DNA of 64,000 nucleotides from a virus (Duplodnaviria > Caudoviricetes), in IMG/VR virus record IMGVR_UViG_3300044842_000325, positions 1-64,000 of that record. One strand, written 5' to 3'. Positions 32,979 to 43,284 of the stretch are shown piece after piece; position 1 is the stretch's first letter; every line of letters starts with the position of its first letter. The position numbers and the translations under genes are program-made. The notes below the pieces were generated by a model. The model was not told where the DNA came from, did no database searches, and saw only the letters and a list, made by a program, of their open reading frames with translations.

Positions 32979-34400
32979 TTAGGCTTTGGCGGCCGGAGCA
33001 GCGGCGCCTTCCGGCTTCGCTGCTTCGGTCTTCTTGCCAGCAGCTTTCAGCGACTGCTCGCCGTATTGCAGCACGTAGCCGCCGGCGTTCAGGGCGAACG
33101 CAGCCAGCGGGGGCGCAGCGTTGACGACGGTCGACATGGCGGCCTTGGCGATGGCGCGCTCGTCCGAACCAGCCAGCAGGGCTTTGCCAGCGGCCTTGGC
33201 CTTGTCGACGACGCCAGCGTCGGCGCCGGCTTCAGCGCGGACGGTTTCCTTGGCTTTCTTCTCGGCCAGGGCGATCACCTTCTTGGCGACGGCTTCGGCT
33301 TCTTTCTGTGCCGACTTGTACGACAGCAGATGGTCGGCAGCTTGCGCGACTTGCTTGGCGATGGCTTCGATGTCGCCCGAGGACAGGACCGGCAGTTCGT
33401 TCTTCTCGGCGACTTTCTTCGATGCGTCGAACGTACCCAGCTTGTAGCCGACTTTGCCCAGGGCAGCGGCGGTAGCGCCGGCGACCGGAACGATAGCGAC
33501 CACGGCCTTGTTGCCCGGCAGTTCTTCCGACTTCATCAGTTCCAGACCTTCGCCCGGAGCAGCCATGCCGACCGATGCCGGATCGGAGACCTTGGCGAAG
33601 CCTTGGGTGGCCGGACCTTGGACGCTCTGGGTCAGTTGGGTCAGCAGGCCGGTGTCGCCGGACTCGATCAGGCGGGTGGCTTGTTCAGCGAACTGGACCG
33701 ATGCCTTGGTCATGGCTTGCAGGAACGAGGCTTCGTGCACGACAGCCGCAGCGGCTTTCTTGACGTCGACGACGCCGCCGATCGACAGGTTGGCTGCCAG
33801 GGTCTGGTTTTCGAACGTGCCACCGCCGGCGGCCTTGGCCGTGTTGGCTGCTTTGGTCAGGTTCTCGGCGCGGGCCTTCAGCTTGGTGGCGCCGTCGAAC
33901 AGGCGGTTCCAGACGTTGACGATGGCTTGCACGGCCGAACGGAACATCTCGACGATCTTGCCCCACAGTTCTTTGGCCTTGTCGGCGATCGACTCGGCGG
34001 CCAGCTTGGTGGACGAGACCTTGTCAGCGGTGCCGCCGAACGATTCGACGGACATGGTCTTGTGGTTGTCCGGGTAGCCCAGGCGACGGTTGATCGAGGC
34101 CAGGTGCAGGTTCAGCACGCGGGCGCCGTTGCGGTCCAGGCCGCCGTTGGCGGCGATCGATTCCAGGGCGACGGCGGTTTCTTCCAGTTCGTCGACGGCT
34201 TCAGCCGCGTCGTCGACGATGGCTTCGTCTTGCGCGACTTCGACGATGTCCGAATTGACTTCGACCAGTTCAGCCTCGACGCTGTCTGCGCCAGCTTCGA
34301 CCGGGGCGGCGACCGGCTCTTCGCCGACGACGACTGCGTTGTTTTCGATGTCTTCGACGGCCAGACGGGCGACGATGCCGTAGTTGCGGTTTTGACGCAT
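32979..34400 (-). CDS. Major internal head (inner-body) protein, phiKZ gp93-97-like paralog
   Basis: Acidic propeptide with AVE/ALE/SVE/AAE sites, then SIADKAKELW..IV..F...W; Ala/Lys-rich; GGAG RBS. Confidence 0.7.
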   Translation of the reverse strand: MRQNRNYGIVARLAVEDIENNAVVVGEEPVAAPVEAGADSVEAELVEVNSDIVEVAQDEAIVDDAAEAVDELEETAVALESIAANGGLDRNGARVLNLHLASINRRLGYPDNHKTMSVESFGGTADKVSSTKLAAESIADKAKELWGKIVEMFRSAVQAIVNVWNRLFDGATKLKARAENLTKAANTAKAAGGGTFENQTLAANLSIGGVVDVKKAAAAVVHEASFLQAMTKASVQFAEQATRLIESGDTGLLTQLTQSVQGPATQGFAKVSDPASVGMAAPGEGLELMKSEELPGNKAVVAIVPVAGATAAALGKVGYKLGTFDASKKVAEKNELPVLSSGDIEAIAKQVAQAADHLLSYKSAQKEAEAVAKKVIALAEKKAKETVRAEAGADAGVVDKAKAAGKALLAGSDERAIAKAAMSTVVNAAPPLAAFALNAGGYVLQYGEQSLKAAGKKTEAAKPEGAAAPAAKA

Positions 34401-34521
34401 GGTGTTACTCCATTCGAATGGTTTAATAAAGATTTACATATTCCGCGCGGAATAGGGCATGACGGCTTGCCTTGCCACTATACTATCACCAATAGCAGGG
34501 CAAGTTCGTCATAAGGATTGG

Positions 34522-35127
34522 TCACACTTCACCAAACAATACGTGTAGTGTGTGCGCCAAATCGATGAATCCGCTCGGTTGGCTGCACCAGCGCTGGATG
34601 ACGTCGATGAGGGTGGTGTTCTTCGGGCGCTTGTCGCCGGTGATGAAGAACCAGTTGAATTGCCCTTCGTTGGGCGTTTCGTTGTGGGTGATTTCCGACA
34701 GCGAGAGCATGGCGCCCCAGTTGTGCAGACTCATCCCCCGTTTACCGGTCTCGATGAAGGTCAGCGTCTCGTGCAGGAACTTCATATGCATGTCACCCGT
34801 GGACGGACCATTCATCTGAATGTTGATCCATTCGACGAAGTCTTTGGTGCCAAACGCATTGAGCGCGACCCGCAGAATCTTCTCACGGAACTCCATCGAA
34901 TCGGCTGCGCCATACGAATCGTTCAGCGCGGCCCACAGGGCTTCGATGTTTTGGTTGACCTCTTTCGGGTTAACCTGGTTCTTGAACCAGTCCGGATGGT
35001 ACTGGTAAGAACGCAGCTGCGATGCTGCCGAACGCTCAGTCGGTTTGATTTGCTCACCGAGGCTGGCACCCAGAAAGCCGCGCGGGTAGACCCGAAAGCC
35101 TTTGTAGGCCGGTGCGGTATCAGGCAT
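34522..35127 (-). CDS. Conserved virion/head protein
   Basis: RVYPRGFLG; C-terminal IQRWCSQPSG; coupled to the upstream gene. Confidence 0.55.
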   Translation of the reverse strand: MPDTAPAYKGFRVYPRGFLGASLGEQIKPTERSAASQLRSYQYHPDWFKNQVNPKEVNQNIEALWAALNDSYGAADSMEFREKILRVALNAFGTKDFVEWINIQMNGPSTGDMHMKFLHETLTFIETGKRGMSLHNWGAMLSLSEITHNETPNEGQFNWFFITGDKRPKNTTLIDVIQRWCSQPSGFIDLAHTLHVLFGEV

Positions 35128-36031
35128 ATTGTTCCTCGACTTTACGGATCTGGGCCGCGAGGTCTTCGATCCGCTTTTGGGTGTATTCGATCTGCTTGTC
35201 CAGCGCCGGGTCTTGCTTGCCGTGTTGCATGCGCTCCAGCTTCAGCTTACGCAGTTCCAGCGCGTCTTTCTCGGCTTTCTTCTGTTCGTAGCGATAGTGC
35301 TGGTAATCGGCGATCTTCATGCGCACATGGTAGATCGGGTTCATGGCGATCGGTACGAAACCGTGGCGGAACGGATCGAGCTTGGCCGCGCCGACGGTGT
35401 GCTGGACCACGGCGTCGCCGGTCTTCGTAACCGTGATGTCCGGGATCTCTTCGAAATCGCTCTTGATCTTGTCGGTCGGCTTGGACAGCGTGTCCATCAC
35501 CGTGCAGAAGTCGATCAGGCGCTCGTTGATGAAGCGCACATCAGCCGGCACTAGCGCTGCGCCGAGTTCGTTGGCGACATCGGCGTCTTCGCCTTCCAGT
35601 TCAGCGGCCTCGACGACGTACGCGTAGTTCAGGTACTTCATCGAGTAGTCGATGGCGAAGCCGATCGATTCCAGCATTTGCAGGATAGCGGTCTTGTAGT
35701 ACGTGATCCCCACGCCTTCGATGTCGTCAGTGTAATCCTTCTCGACCAGCGATTCGATCAGGGCCAGCGTGGAGAGCATCGGTTTGATCGACTTTTCGAT
35801 CGCGACGATGGTGTTCGTGCCGTTGGCGCCGCGCACGTTACGACGGAACACTTCCCAGTCCTTTTGCAGCGACTGGTTGATGAACTTGCGGGCACCGAAC
35901 ACTTTCAGTGCGTCCTCGTACGCCGGCACCACGATGGTGGTCAGGAGCAGCTTGTTGATGCGGATGTCTTCCAAGACCGTCTGCTTGGAGAAGTTGGGCA
36001 GCAGCGACTTGAGAAAGTCAACGATTTTCAT
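35120..36031 (-). CDS. Virion head protein (phiKZ gp90-like)
   Basis: FLKSLLP.F.K start; NPIYHVRM followed by a C-terminal coiled coil; gene order. Confidence 0.55.
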   Translation of the reverse strand: MKIVDFLKSLLPNFSKQTVLEDIRINKLLLTTIVVPAYEDALKVFGARKFINQSLQKDWEVFRRNVRGANGTNTIVAIEKSIKPMLSTLALIESLVEKDYTDDIEGVGITYYKTAILQMLESIGFAIDYSMKYLNYAYVVEAAELEGEDADVANELGAALVPADVRFINERLIDFCTVMDTLSKPTDKIKSDFEEIPDITVTKTGDAVVQHTVGAAKLDPFRHGFVPIAMNPIYHVRMKIADYQHYRYEQKKAEKDALELRKLKLERMQHGKQDPALDKQIEYTQKRIEDLAAQIRKVEEQYA

Positions 36032-36051
36032 TTTGGATGGTTCCTATTTGG

Positions 36052-37218
36052 TCAGAGCGCCGGTGCGTGACCCGACATGAGGGCTTTCAGGATTTCGCCG
36101 ATGTCCGGGCCCGAACCTTTCGAGGAGGCTTTCAGATCCTTGATCCGTACCACAGTCGGCTGCGCGATGTTGCGGTGGTAGAAGGTCACGGTGTTGTAAT
36201 CGACTTCATCGACGACTGCCATGATCATCAGCGAGGTTTTCTTCATCATGCGCTGACGGATGTCGAATTTGGACAGTTTGCCTTCCAGTTCGAGTTCGAG
36301 CTGTTCAGCGCTGTCTTTGGTGAGCACCACCAGGTTCGAGGACGAGGCGATCGACGGCTGGCCGGTGATGACCGAGGTCACGGCATTGCCGAAGTTGGTG
36401 CGGCCGATGTTCGACAGCGTGCCGGTCTTGTCTTTCATCAGATCGGTGCGGTGCTTGTCGATCAGGTCGTTGCAGAACACCAGGTCCTTCCAGAACGACA
36501 GCTTGCCCATCTTCCAGCCATGCCAGCGTTCCTTGAAGGAGTTGTCGTCGCTGCCCGTGGCTAAAATATGAATCAGGTCCGGGGAGGGCAGCGTGCTCGC
36601 GATGAGGCGAATGTTGATCTGCACCGGAATCGAATGCTGACCGTCGCTGATGTTGATCTCGTAGGATTTGCCCACCGACAGATTGGCCAGCTCGGTCATC
36701 GTTTTACCGACATCCTTGGCCGCCGACTTGACGTCGCCACTGGGTTGACCATAGGTCTTGTTGACCGTGTCACCGCCCGCCCCTTTACCACCCGCCGGCG
36801 CAGCAGCGCCGCCGAGGCTACCCATGCCGGACTCGACCGACAGCTTCAGCTTTTCGTTGCTGGGGAAGGGCAACCCCTTTTCGTACGATTCGGTGGCCAC
36901 CAGCCAGCTCGACAGACCTGCGTTGACCGGGCTGCGGTTCGGGTTGAGCGCATCGAGACGTTCCAGCACACGCACATTGCCGATGGTGTTCATCAGCGAC
37001 GCAGCTTGCAGGTAGTAACCAGCGAAGATCGACAGCAGGCTTTGCTGCACTTCGCCGATGCAATCGAGGTGCAGCGCGTTTTGTTCGATGAGAACGATGG
37101 GTTCGACGCGACCGACACTGGTGAAGTCCACCAGCGAATCGCTACCACCGCCACGGCGGAGCAGGTCACCTGCCCGGTTCAGAACAGTGAGGCCACCATT
37201 CATGATATCGCTATACAT
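36052..37218 (-). CDS. Virion head protein (phiKZ gp89-like)
   Basis: SLVDFTSVGRVEP, SIFAGYYLQA, NLSVGK, FWKDLVFCND; ATE/SVE cleavage-type sites. Confidence 0.6.
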   Translation of the reverse strand: MYSDIMNGGLTVLNRAGDLLRRGGGSDSLVDFTSVGRVEPIVLIEQNALHLDCIGEVQQSLLSIFAGYYLQAASLMNTIGNVRVLERLDALNPNRSPVNAGLSSWLVATESYEKGLPFPSNEKLKLSVESGMGSLGGAAAPAGGKGAGGDTVNKTYGQPSGDVKSAAKDVGKTMTELANLSVGKSYEINISDGQHSIPVQINIRLIASTLPSPDLIHILATGSDDNSFKERWHGWKMGKLSFWKDLVFCNDLIDKHRTDLMKDKTGTLSNIGRTNFGNAVTSVITGQPSIASSSNLVVLTKDSAEQLELELEGKLSKFDIRQRMMKKTSLMIMAVVDEVDYNTVTFYHRNIAQPTVVRIKDLKASSKGSGPDIGEILKALMSGHAPAL

Positions 37219-37249
37219 TGTTTTTCCTTTTAATACAAGGGGTTTCTAA

Positions 37250-38350
37250 ATGGCCGATGATAATTCTAACGTCTATCGGGACGTTAACTATAGCGCCACG
37301 CCGATTAAATCCGCTGATGTCGACCAAGTCTTTCGCATTTCTCCTGCGGGACAACATACCACCGCCATTGGGGATAATTTTCGTGGATTTAACCACAGAC
37401 AAGCGCCGAGTCTCATACCAATTAATAAGGATCAGTACGGCCTGACGTTTTTCACACGGCCACGGATGAACTTGTCGGACGCCAACCTGCGTATCCCGTC
37501 GATGCGAAAGCTCACCCCGCTCCTCAGCAATCAGGAAGATTCGATCCAACGAATCATTCGCTGCTGGCTTGATCCGGTGGGTAACAAGCGCGGCGACTTC
37601 ACCAGCCCTTACGTTGATCCATGCATGCCATTCATTCCGCTGCTGAGCAATTTATTGGTCAGTCTCCCGGGTTGGCCCGATGTGGCGATGCCGTATTCGA
37701 CGTCGGCAGCTGGGGTACGGCAAGAACAATTCTCGCTCTACGATGGCACCGATGAGATCAACCGCATCGTGGACTTGACCGCCAACTTCCGTAACGTCGA
37801 CGGCGATCCGATCACGCCGCTGTTTGACGCATGGTTCACCTATGGCCGGGGCGTGTACTTCGGCGACCTGTGGCCCCACTCGGACAGCGTGCTGGAAAAC
37901 GAGGTCGACTATGACCTGCGCATCTACCGCCTGATCCTCGACAGCAAAAAGCAATTCGTGCTCCGTATTGCTGCGACGGCATGGGGTGACCCGGTGTCCA
38001 ACCCGCTGGGGGCAGTCTTTAATTACGAAGCCGACCAAGGTGCAGGGCAAGTGAACAACGGCTTGCAACAAGTCAGTGTCCATTTCGTCAATACCGCAGT
38101 CCAATACAACGATCCGATTCTGTACTGGGAATTCAATCAGTGCAGTGAGCAGTGGTTCAATCCGGCAATGGCCGATGGCACACGTGAGCAGGTCTATCAA
38201 AAGATCGCGTTCGATGAGCTACCCATTTTCAATTACCGTGGTTATCCCCGCATCAATCTGGATACGTTCGAATTGGAATGGTGGGTACCCAAACGCGAGT
38301 ATGCTGCGCTCACGTCGGTTCTCAAACAATTCAAAGCAACTCAAGGATAA
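37250..38350 (+). CDS. Baseplate/tail-tube-initiator-like structural protein (phiKZ gp88-like)
   Basis: GLTFFTRP.MNLS, FIPLLSN, DYDLRIYRLILD; tube-fold-like C-terminal pattern. Confidence 0.55.
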   Translation: MADDNSNVYRDVNYSATPIKSADVDQVFRISPAGQHTTAIGDNFRGFNHRQAPSLIPINKDQYGLTFFTRPRMNLSDANLRIPSMRKLTPLLSNQEDSIQRIIRCWLDPVGNKRGDFTSPYVDPCMPFIPLLSNLLVSLPGWPDVAMPYSTSAAGVRQEQFSLYDGTDEINRIVDLTANFRNVDGDPITPLFDAWFTYGRGVYFGDLWPHSDSVLENEVDYDLRIYRLILDSKKQFVLRIAATAWGDPVSNPLGAVFNYEADQGAGQVNNGLQQVSVHFVNTAVQYNDPILYWEFNQCSEQWFNPAMADGTREQVYQKIAFDELPIFNYRGYPRINLDTFELEWWVPKREYAALTSVLKQFKATQG

Positions 38351-38353
38351 GCC

Positions 38354-41296
38354 ATGACTCTGGCCAGCCAAGAACTCATCGATAACATCGCCACCTACCG
38401 CTTTAATGGTACCGCCATTCAACGCGCGGTCGTGCAAGCGATCGTGGAAGCCAACAATGGTGAACAGCCGGCGTTTGACGCCACCTTGCCGTTCGTGCAA
38501 GCGCTGTCGGCCAGCGCTTACGAGACTGCCGCTTTCATGCAAGAACATGCGGCTGAATGCCGCCGCCGTTATCCATCACTGGCGCAGACGCAAGAAGACC
38601 TGTATCTGCACATGTCCGACACGGATTACGTGAATCGGTTCTCGATCCCCGCTGAGGCCACGTTCAGCCTGCGCTTTAACAAGGCCGAACTCATCAACGC
38701 GATGGTGTACGAGGATGCCACCGGCTACATGAAGCTCGTGATCCCGCGTAACACCTACTTCACGGTGGATGTCTATACTTTCAGTTTGCAGTACCCGATC
38801 GAGATCCGACTGCTGCACAATAACGGTTTGCAGATCACGTACAACAACGACATCGTCTCACCTCTCCAGAGCTTGGTCAGCAACACGATCGAGTACACCA
38901 TTCTGGAAGATGCGAACTTCATCGAGTACGTCAAGTTCGACGTGCCGGTGCAACAGTTCTACATCACCCAGAGCACCACCCCGATCAGTCTGGGTAAGGA
39001 TCTGGCGATGGCGATCCCGATCGCTGATCAGTATTTCTACGCTCGGGTGTACCACAAGAACCCGCAAACACTGAAGTGGGATGAGCTGCTGACTGTACAC
39101 AACGCGATGGTGTACGATGTCAAGAAACCCACGGCGGTGTTGCAAGTGCTTGACGGGTACTTGTCGGTCAAGATCCCGCAGATCTACGTTACCACCGGCC
39201 AGCTTACGTCCACCATCCGGGTCGACCTGTACCAGACCAAGGGTCAGATCAACATCCCACTGGCGGACTACAACAGCGATGCCGTCTCCATCACCTGGAA
39301 AACGTTCGACAGCACGGAAGTGGGTAGCAAATACTCGGCGGCGTTGCCGAACATGAATGTGGCTGCTTACTCGGACAGCATCGTGATCGGTGGTAAGAAC
39401 GAGATGGAGTTCAGCACGCTGCGTGACAATGTCATCAACAATGCCACCGGCCCGATCGAGCAAGCCATCACCCCGGCCCGTCTGGTGGCACAGATGCAAA
39501 ACGCCGGTTACTCGGTGGTGAAGAATATCGATAACGTGACTAACCGGGTGTTCCTGGCCACGCGCGAGATGCCTTCGCCTGATGTGGTGAAGTTGACGAC
39601 GTCAAGTGATAATGCGGTGCGTCTGCTCACAGCGGCAGCAGCGTCGATTCAAACACTCACGACCTCGACCGAACGTCTGGCCAGCCTGCCGTCAGTGGTG
39701 GACAACGGCGAGAGCCTGACGATCAAACCAGACACGCTGTATCAAATCGTCAACGGGGTGATCAATCCGGTCCAAGCCAGCGAAGTCCAACGTTTGCTGT
39801 CGTTGCCGGCGGATAAGCTTGCGCAAGAAGTCACGGAAGGCAATTACCTGTCCACGCCGTTTCACTACGTGTTCGACACCAGCAACAACGCGTTCGAGAT
39901 CCGCCCGTACTACTTGGACGCCCCCGTCGCCCAGTCAAAAGTGTTCGTCAAACAAAACGACACCACATTGTTGTTGGTTGGCACGTCTAACTACGCGCTG
40001 ATTCGGGTCGACAGCGGCTACAAGCTCATCGTGTACACCCGCTCGGATGACGCTTACAAAGCGCTGCCGGATAGCCAAGTATTCGCCCAGTTGGCTTTTG
40101 TACCCTATTCGGAACGGGATCGCGCTTACGTGAACGGTCTGCTGGTGGGTAAAACTTCTGCGGGTGAACGGGTGTTTGAGTTCGATCTGTCGACCACCTT
40201 CAATGTGGACAGTTCTGACCATCTGGACTTGACCAAGTTCACGATGTACAACAATGAAAGCCGTATCACCAAGACTCCGCTCACCAATACGTTCGATCTG
40301 GTCTACTCGACGTCCGCTGTGTTGAGCAGCCGTTGGGTTCCGAACGAAGTCGATGCAGTGTTGGGTAAACACCTGTTGCCTAACCAGGTGGCCGGTATCA
40401 ACCAAGAGCAAATCACCATGAAATTCGGTGAAGCACTGGACATGCTCTGGACGCGAGCCCGCAGTGTGGTCTCGTCGATCGTGTACGACGTGTGGGACAG
40501 CGATCAGCAGGCGTTTTACAAAGAGGACATCTACGAGTATCAGCCGGATGGCACGAAACTCAAGATCGTCAATGGGCAACTGCAATACACGATCCTGCAC
40601 CACAAGGGTGACCCGATCCTTGATCAAGATGGCCATATCACGTACGAGCATCGTAAGGGTGATCTCAAACGGGATTCGTCAGGACAATTGGTGCAAGCCA
40701 ACCCGCGTGGGATCTTGCGTCAACTGGACCTGATGTTGCTCGAAGGGGTGTACTGGTTTGCGAATGAAGACACAACCGTGCAATACCGTAAGTCGCTCAC
40801 CAACGTACTGGTCGACTGGATCGTCAATGATCTGGAATCCTTCAAGGACGCTCTGCTCGACAAGACGCGGGTCTACTTCTATCCGAAGACGACCTCGGGT
40901 GTGATTCCGGTGTATGTGCTCGATGGTGCGCTGACCAACATCGATGCGGGCCAAGCATTTACGGTCACGCTCGGTGTGTCCAAACAAGTGTACGACAACC
41001 CGAACCTGCGGGCTCGTCTGGACACAGTCACGGTCAGTGTGCTCTATACGGCACTGCAGCAAAAGACGGTATCGATCTCGGCCATTCTCAAGGCACTGAG
41101 TGAAGCGTACGGTTCGGATGTGGTCGACATCCAAATCACTGGACTGGGGGGTAGCGATAACTACTCAGTGGTCACGGTGGCAGATGAAACCGACCGTCTG
41201 TCGATCCGTAAGCGGCTGGTCGCGCTGCCAGATGGCAAACTGGCGGCAGAAGAAGACGTCAATACAGTGTACCGTATCGTCACAACCCAAGCTTAA
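38354..41296 (+). CDS. Large baseplate (wedge-like) structural protein (phiKZ gp87-like)
   Basis: 980 aa; RRRYPSLAQT.EDLYLHMSD.DY, FSLQYPIEIR; gene order. Confidence 0.6.
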   Translation: MTLASQELIDNIATYRFNGTAIQRAVVQAIVEANNGEQPAFDATLPFVQALSASAYETAAFMQEHAAECRRRYPSLAQTQEDLYLHMSDTDYVNRFSIPAEATFSLRFNKAELINAMVYEDATGYMKLVIPRNTYFTVDVYTFSLQYPIEIRLLHNNGLQITYNNDIVSPLQSLVSNTIEYTILEDANFIEYVKFDVPVQQFYITQSTTPISLGKDLAMAIPIADQYFYARVYHKNPQTLKWDELLTVHNAMVYDVKKPTAVLQVLDGYLSVKIPQIYVTTGQLTSTIRVDLYQTKGQINIPLADYNSDAVSITWKTFDSTEVGSKYSAALPNMNVAAYSDSIVIGGKNEMEFSTLRDNVINNATGPIEQAITPARLVAQMQNAGYSVVKNIDNVTNRVFLATREMPSPDVVKLTTSSDNAVRLLTAAAASIQTLTTSTERLASLPSVVDNGESLTIKPDTLYQIVNGVINPVQASEVQRLLSLPADKLAQEVTEGNYLSTPFHYVFDTSNNAFEIRPYYLDAPVAQSKVFVKQNDTTLLLVGTSNYALIRVDSGYKLIVYTRSDDAYKALPDSQVFAQLAFVPYSERDRAYVNGLLVGKTSAGERVFEFDLSTTFNVDSSDHLDLTKFTMYNNESRITKTPLTNTFDLVYSTSAVLSSRWVPNEVDAVLGKHLLPNQVAGINQEQITMKFGEALDMLWTRARSVVSSIVYDVWDSDQQAFYKEDIYEYQPDGTKLKIVNGQLQYTILHHKGDPILDQDGHITYEHRKGDLKRDSSGQLVQANPRGILRQLDLMLLEGVYWFANEDTTVQYRKSLTNVLVDWIVNDLESFKDALLDKTRVYFYPKTTSGVIPVYVLDGALTNIDAGQAFTVTLGVSKQVYDNPNLRARLDTVTVSVLYTALQQKTVSISAILKALSEAYGSDVVDIQITGLGGSDNYSVVTVADETDRLSIRKRLVALPDGKLAAEEDVNTVYRIVTTQA

Positions 41297-41297
41297 C

Positions 41298-41342
41298 GGC
41301 ATAACTCCCGCTACCCCGTCAAGGGTAGCGGGGGTGTATGTC
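41298..41342. terminator. Bidirectional hairpin between convergent genes
   Basis: GGCATAA-CTCCCGCTACCC..GGGTAGCGGGGG-TGTATGTC. Confidence 0.7.
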
Positions 41343-41354
41343 GCTTACAGCGAA

Positions 41355-42734
41355 TTACAGCGTGTTGGTACGCACTGCAGCTTGCAGATCTTCTACCATG
41401 AGTTTCATGGCTTGGTAGGCCGATTCACGCATCTGCATGGTCTCACGGCATTGGTTCACCGATTTCCATGCATGTTCGATGACGCGGTCCGCGAGCACAC
41501 CGACGTAGGACGTCGCCATACCAGCATTCACGCACCAGCGCACGATTTGGAAGAAACCTTGGTTCATGCCTTCCGCGGTTTGGATGAACGCCGTGGCCAT
41601 TTGACCCAGATCTTTCACGGCACCAGCATTGGTATTGTGCGCGTCGGTCAACTGGGCCGCAATCTCTTTCAGAAGACCTGCCACTTCGTTGGCCACGTTC
41701 ACATACGAACGCGCGCGGTTGATGATGTCTTCCACCCGAGCTTGCTGCGCGGCGTTACCCACATCACGCAGCCACTCATACGTGGTGCGTGCTTGCGCCG
41801 GTTCTTGCAGCTTGTCTTCAGCGCTGGTGAACACGTCCGCGATGTTGTCGATCGACGTGGTTTTTCTGCCGAAGTTGAAGTACACGGTCGGGGCTTTGGG
41901 CAGATCCGGCTTGATGCCGTCGGCGTCATCCTTCAACGCTTCGAGTGCGAACATGAAGCTCAGTTTCCACTGGTTCAGGTGCGTGGTCATCAGCTCCATC
42001 ATGGCAGGGGCATCTTGGTGGACTTTGTAATACTCGTCCATGCTGGCCATGAAGTTTGGCCACTTCTTGTCCGTGTTGAGGATCTCGGGTACAAAGTAGC
42101 CATTCTGACTCGGATCGACCGCACAGCCTTGAAAGCATGCATCATCCCAGGTGAAGCCATTCTCGACCGCAGTGCCGATGAAGTCCTTCAGGATCGACGC
42201 TTGCATCGACACTTGATCTGCCCGACGTTTGAAATCGAGGTTTTCCAGTGCTTGACCGATTCCCGGTACACCGACCACGTTTTCCAGACGCATGGCCATG
42301 GTGGTGAGTTGACCGATCAAGTCTTGTTCGATACCTGCATCGATTTCTTCCAGAGCCATCTGGAAACCGGTGGCACTCGGGTGGCGGCTGTAGAAGTTGA
42401 TCGGGCGACCTTTACCGAAGTTCGGCAGGATGGCCATGGCCTCGTTGGCGATGCGTTGACACATACCGCGCTGGGCGAGCAGATCTTGACGCAGATAACG
42501 CAGAGCATTGCCATGCGATTCCGTAGCGACGACTGCTTGTTGCTGAAGTTCCGGCAGCATCTTCATCACCGCGTCTGCGTCGGCGTACAGCGTGGTGGTG
42601 AGTGTGTCGGGCACCGGCTCATCCGGCAGCAGGGCGCCGGCGTTCAGGCTTTCGTCTGTCGGCGCAGCCAGTTCGATCGCTTGAGCATTCGCTTGAGCGA
42701 GAGTGTTGGTTGCGTTAATGTCCGTCATGATCAA
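41355..42734 (-). CDS. Internal head protein with cleavable propeptide
   Basis: ATE/ALE sites; RPINFYSRHPSATGFQMALE; within the head operon. Confidence 0.55.
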   Translation of the reverse strand: MIMTDINATNTLAQANAQAIELAAPTDESLNAGALLPDEPVPDTLTTTLYADADAVMKMLPELQQQAVVATESHGNALRYLRQDLLAQRGMCQRIANEAMAILPNFGKGRPINFYSRHPSATGFQMALEEIDAGIEQDLIGQLTTMAMRLENVVGVPGIGQALENLDFKRRADQVSMQASILKDFIGTAVENGFTWDDACFQGCAVDPSQNGYFVPEILNTDKKWPNFMASMDEYYKVHQDAPAMMELMTTHLNQWKLSFMFALEALKDDADGIKPDLPKAPTVYFNFGRKTTSIDNIADVFTSAEDKLQEPAQARTTYEWLRDVGNAAQQARVEDIINRARSYVNVANEVAGLLKEIAAQLTDAHNTNAGAVKDLGQMATAFIQTAEGMNQGFFQIVRWCVNAGMATSYVGVLADRVIEHAWKSVNQCRETMQMRESAYQAMKLMVEDLQAAVRTNTL

Positions 42735-43261
42735 CCCACCACAGTGGTGCCGGCCACCGGAGCATCGGCTTCGTCAGCCGCCGGCGGTTGCAGGATCACC
42801 GCGACACGGGAAGCGATACCCATGATTTCGGCGCGGTATTTGTTCATGAACAGCGACATTTCTTGCGACAGCTGGACGAGGCCGCCGGCCCAGAGCGAAG
42901 TGATATCGATCGAGTGCGAAGCGTGGGCGGCGATCAGACGGTCGATCTGGTAGGCGTTGTCCACGAGCATACGGTTCGGGAAGGCGGCCGTGTAACGCAT
43001 CTTCCAGAACAGCTGGGCGTAGTCGAGGGCCGACTTGGATGCGAACACCACTGCCTCGCCGACTTCCGAGATCTTTTCGCAGACGAACGGATGGACTTGC
43101 TCGCCGTAGTACGCCAGCTGGTTTTCCACGTCCGAGGACGGCAGATGGGCTTGTGCGGACACCGCGAGAGCGACCGCGATGGCCACGATGCGGCTCTGGT
43201 CGCCGGGGTTCTTGACGAGTTTGCCGATGGCTTCGTTCAGGCCGAAGTATTTGGGATTCAT
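42731..43261 (-). CDS. Conserved virion-associated hypothetical protein
   Basis: AAGGA RBS; stop overlaps the next gene; FWKMRY motif. Confidence 0.55.
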   Translation of the reverse strand: MNPKYFGLNEAIGKLVKNPGDQSRIVAIAVALAVSAQAHLPSSDVENQLAYYGEQVHPFVCEKISEVGEAVVFASKSALDYAQLFWKMRYTAAFPNRMLVDNAYQIDRLIAAHASHSIDITSLWAGGLVQLSQEMSLFMNKYRAEIMGIASRVAVILQPPAADEADAPVAGTTVVG

Positions 43262-43284
43262 GGATCAGGTTCCTTGTTGTTGAA

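Noticed and set aside
31486-34514. 498-aa and 482-aa plus-strand ORFs
   Set aside because: Exactly antisense to highly biased head protein genes
41100-42953. 617-aa plus-strand ORF
   Set aside because: Crosses a bidirectional terminator and is antisense to 41355..42734
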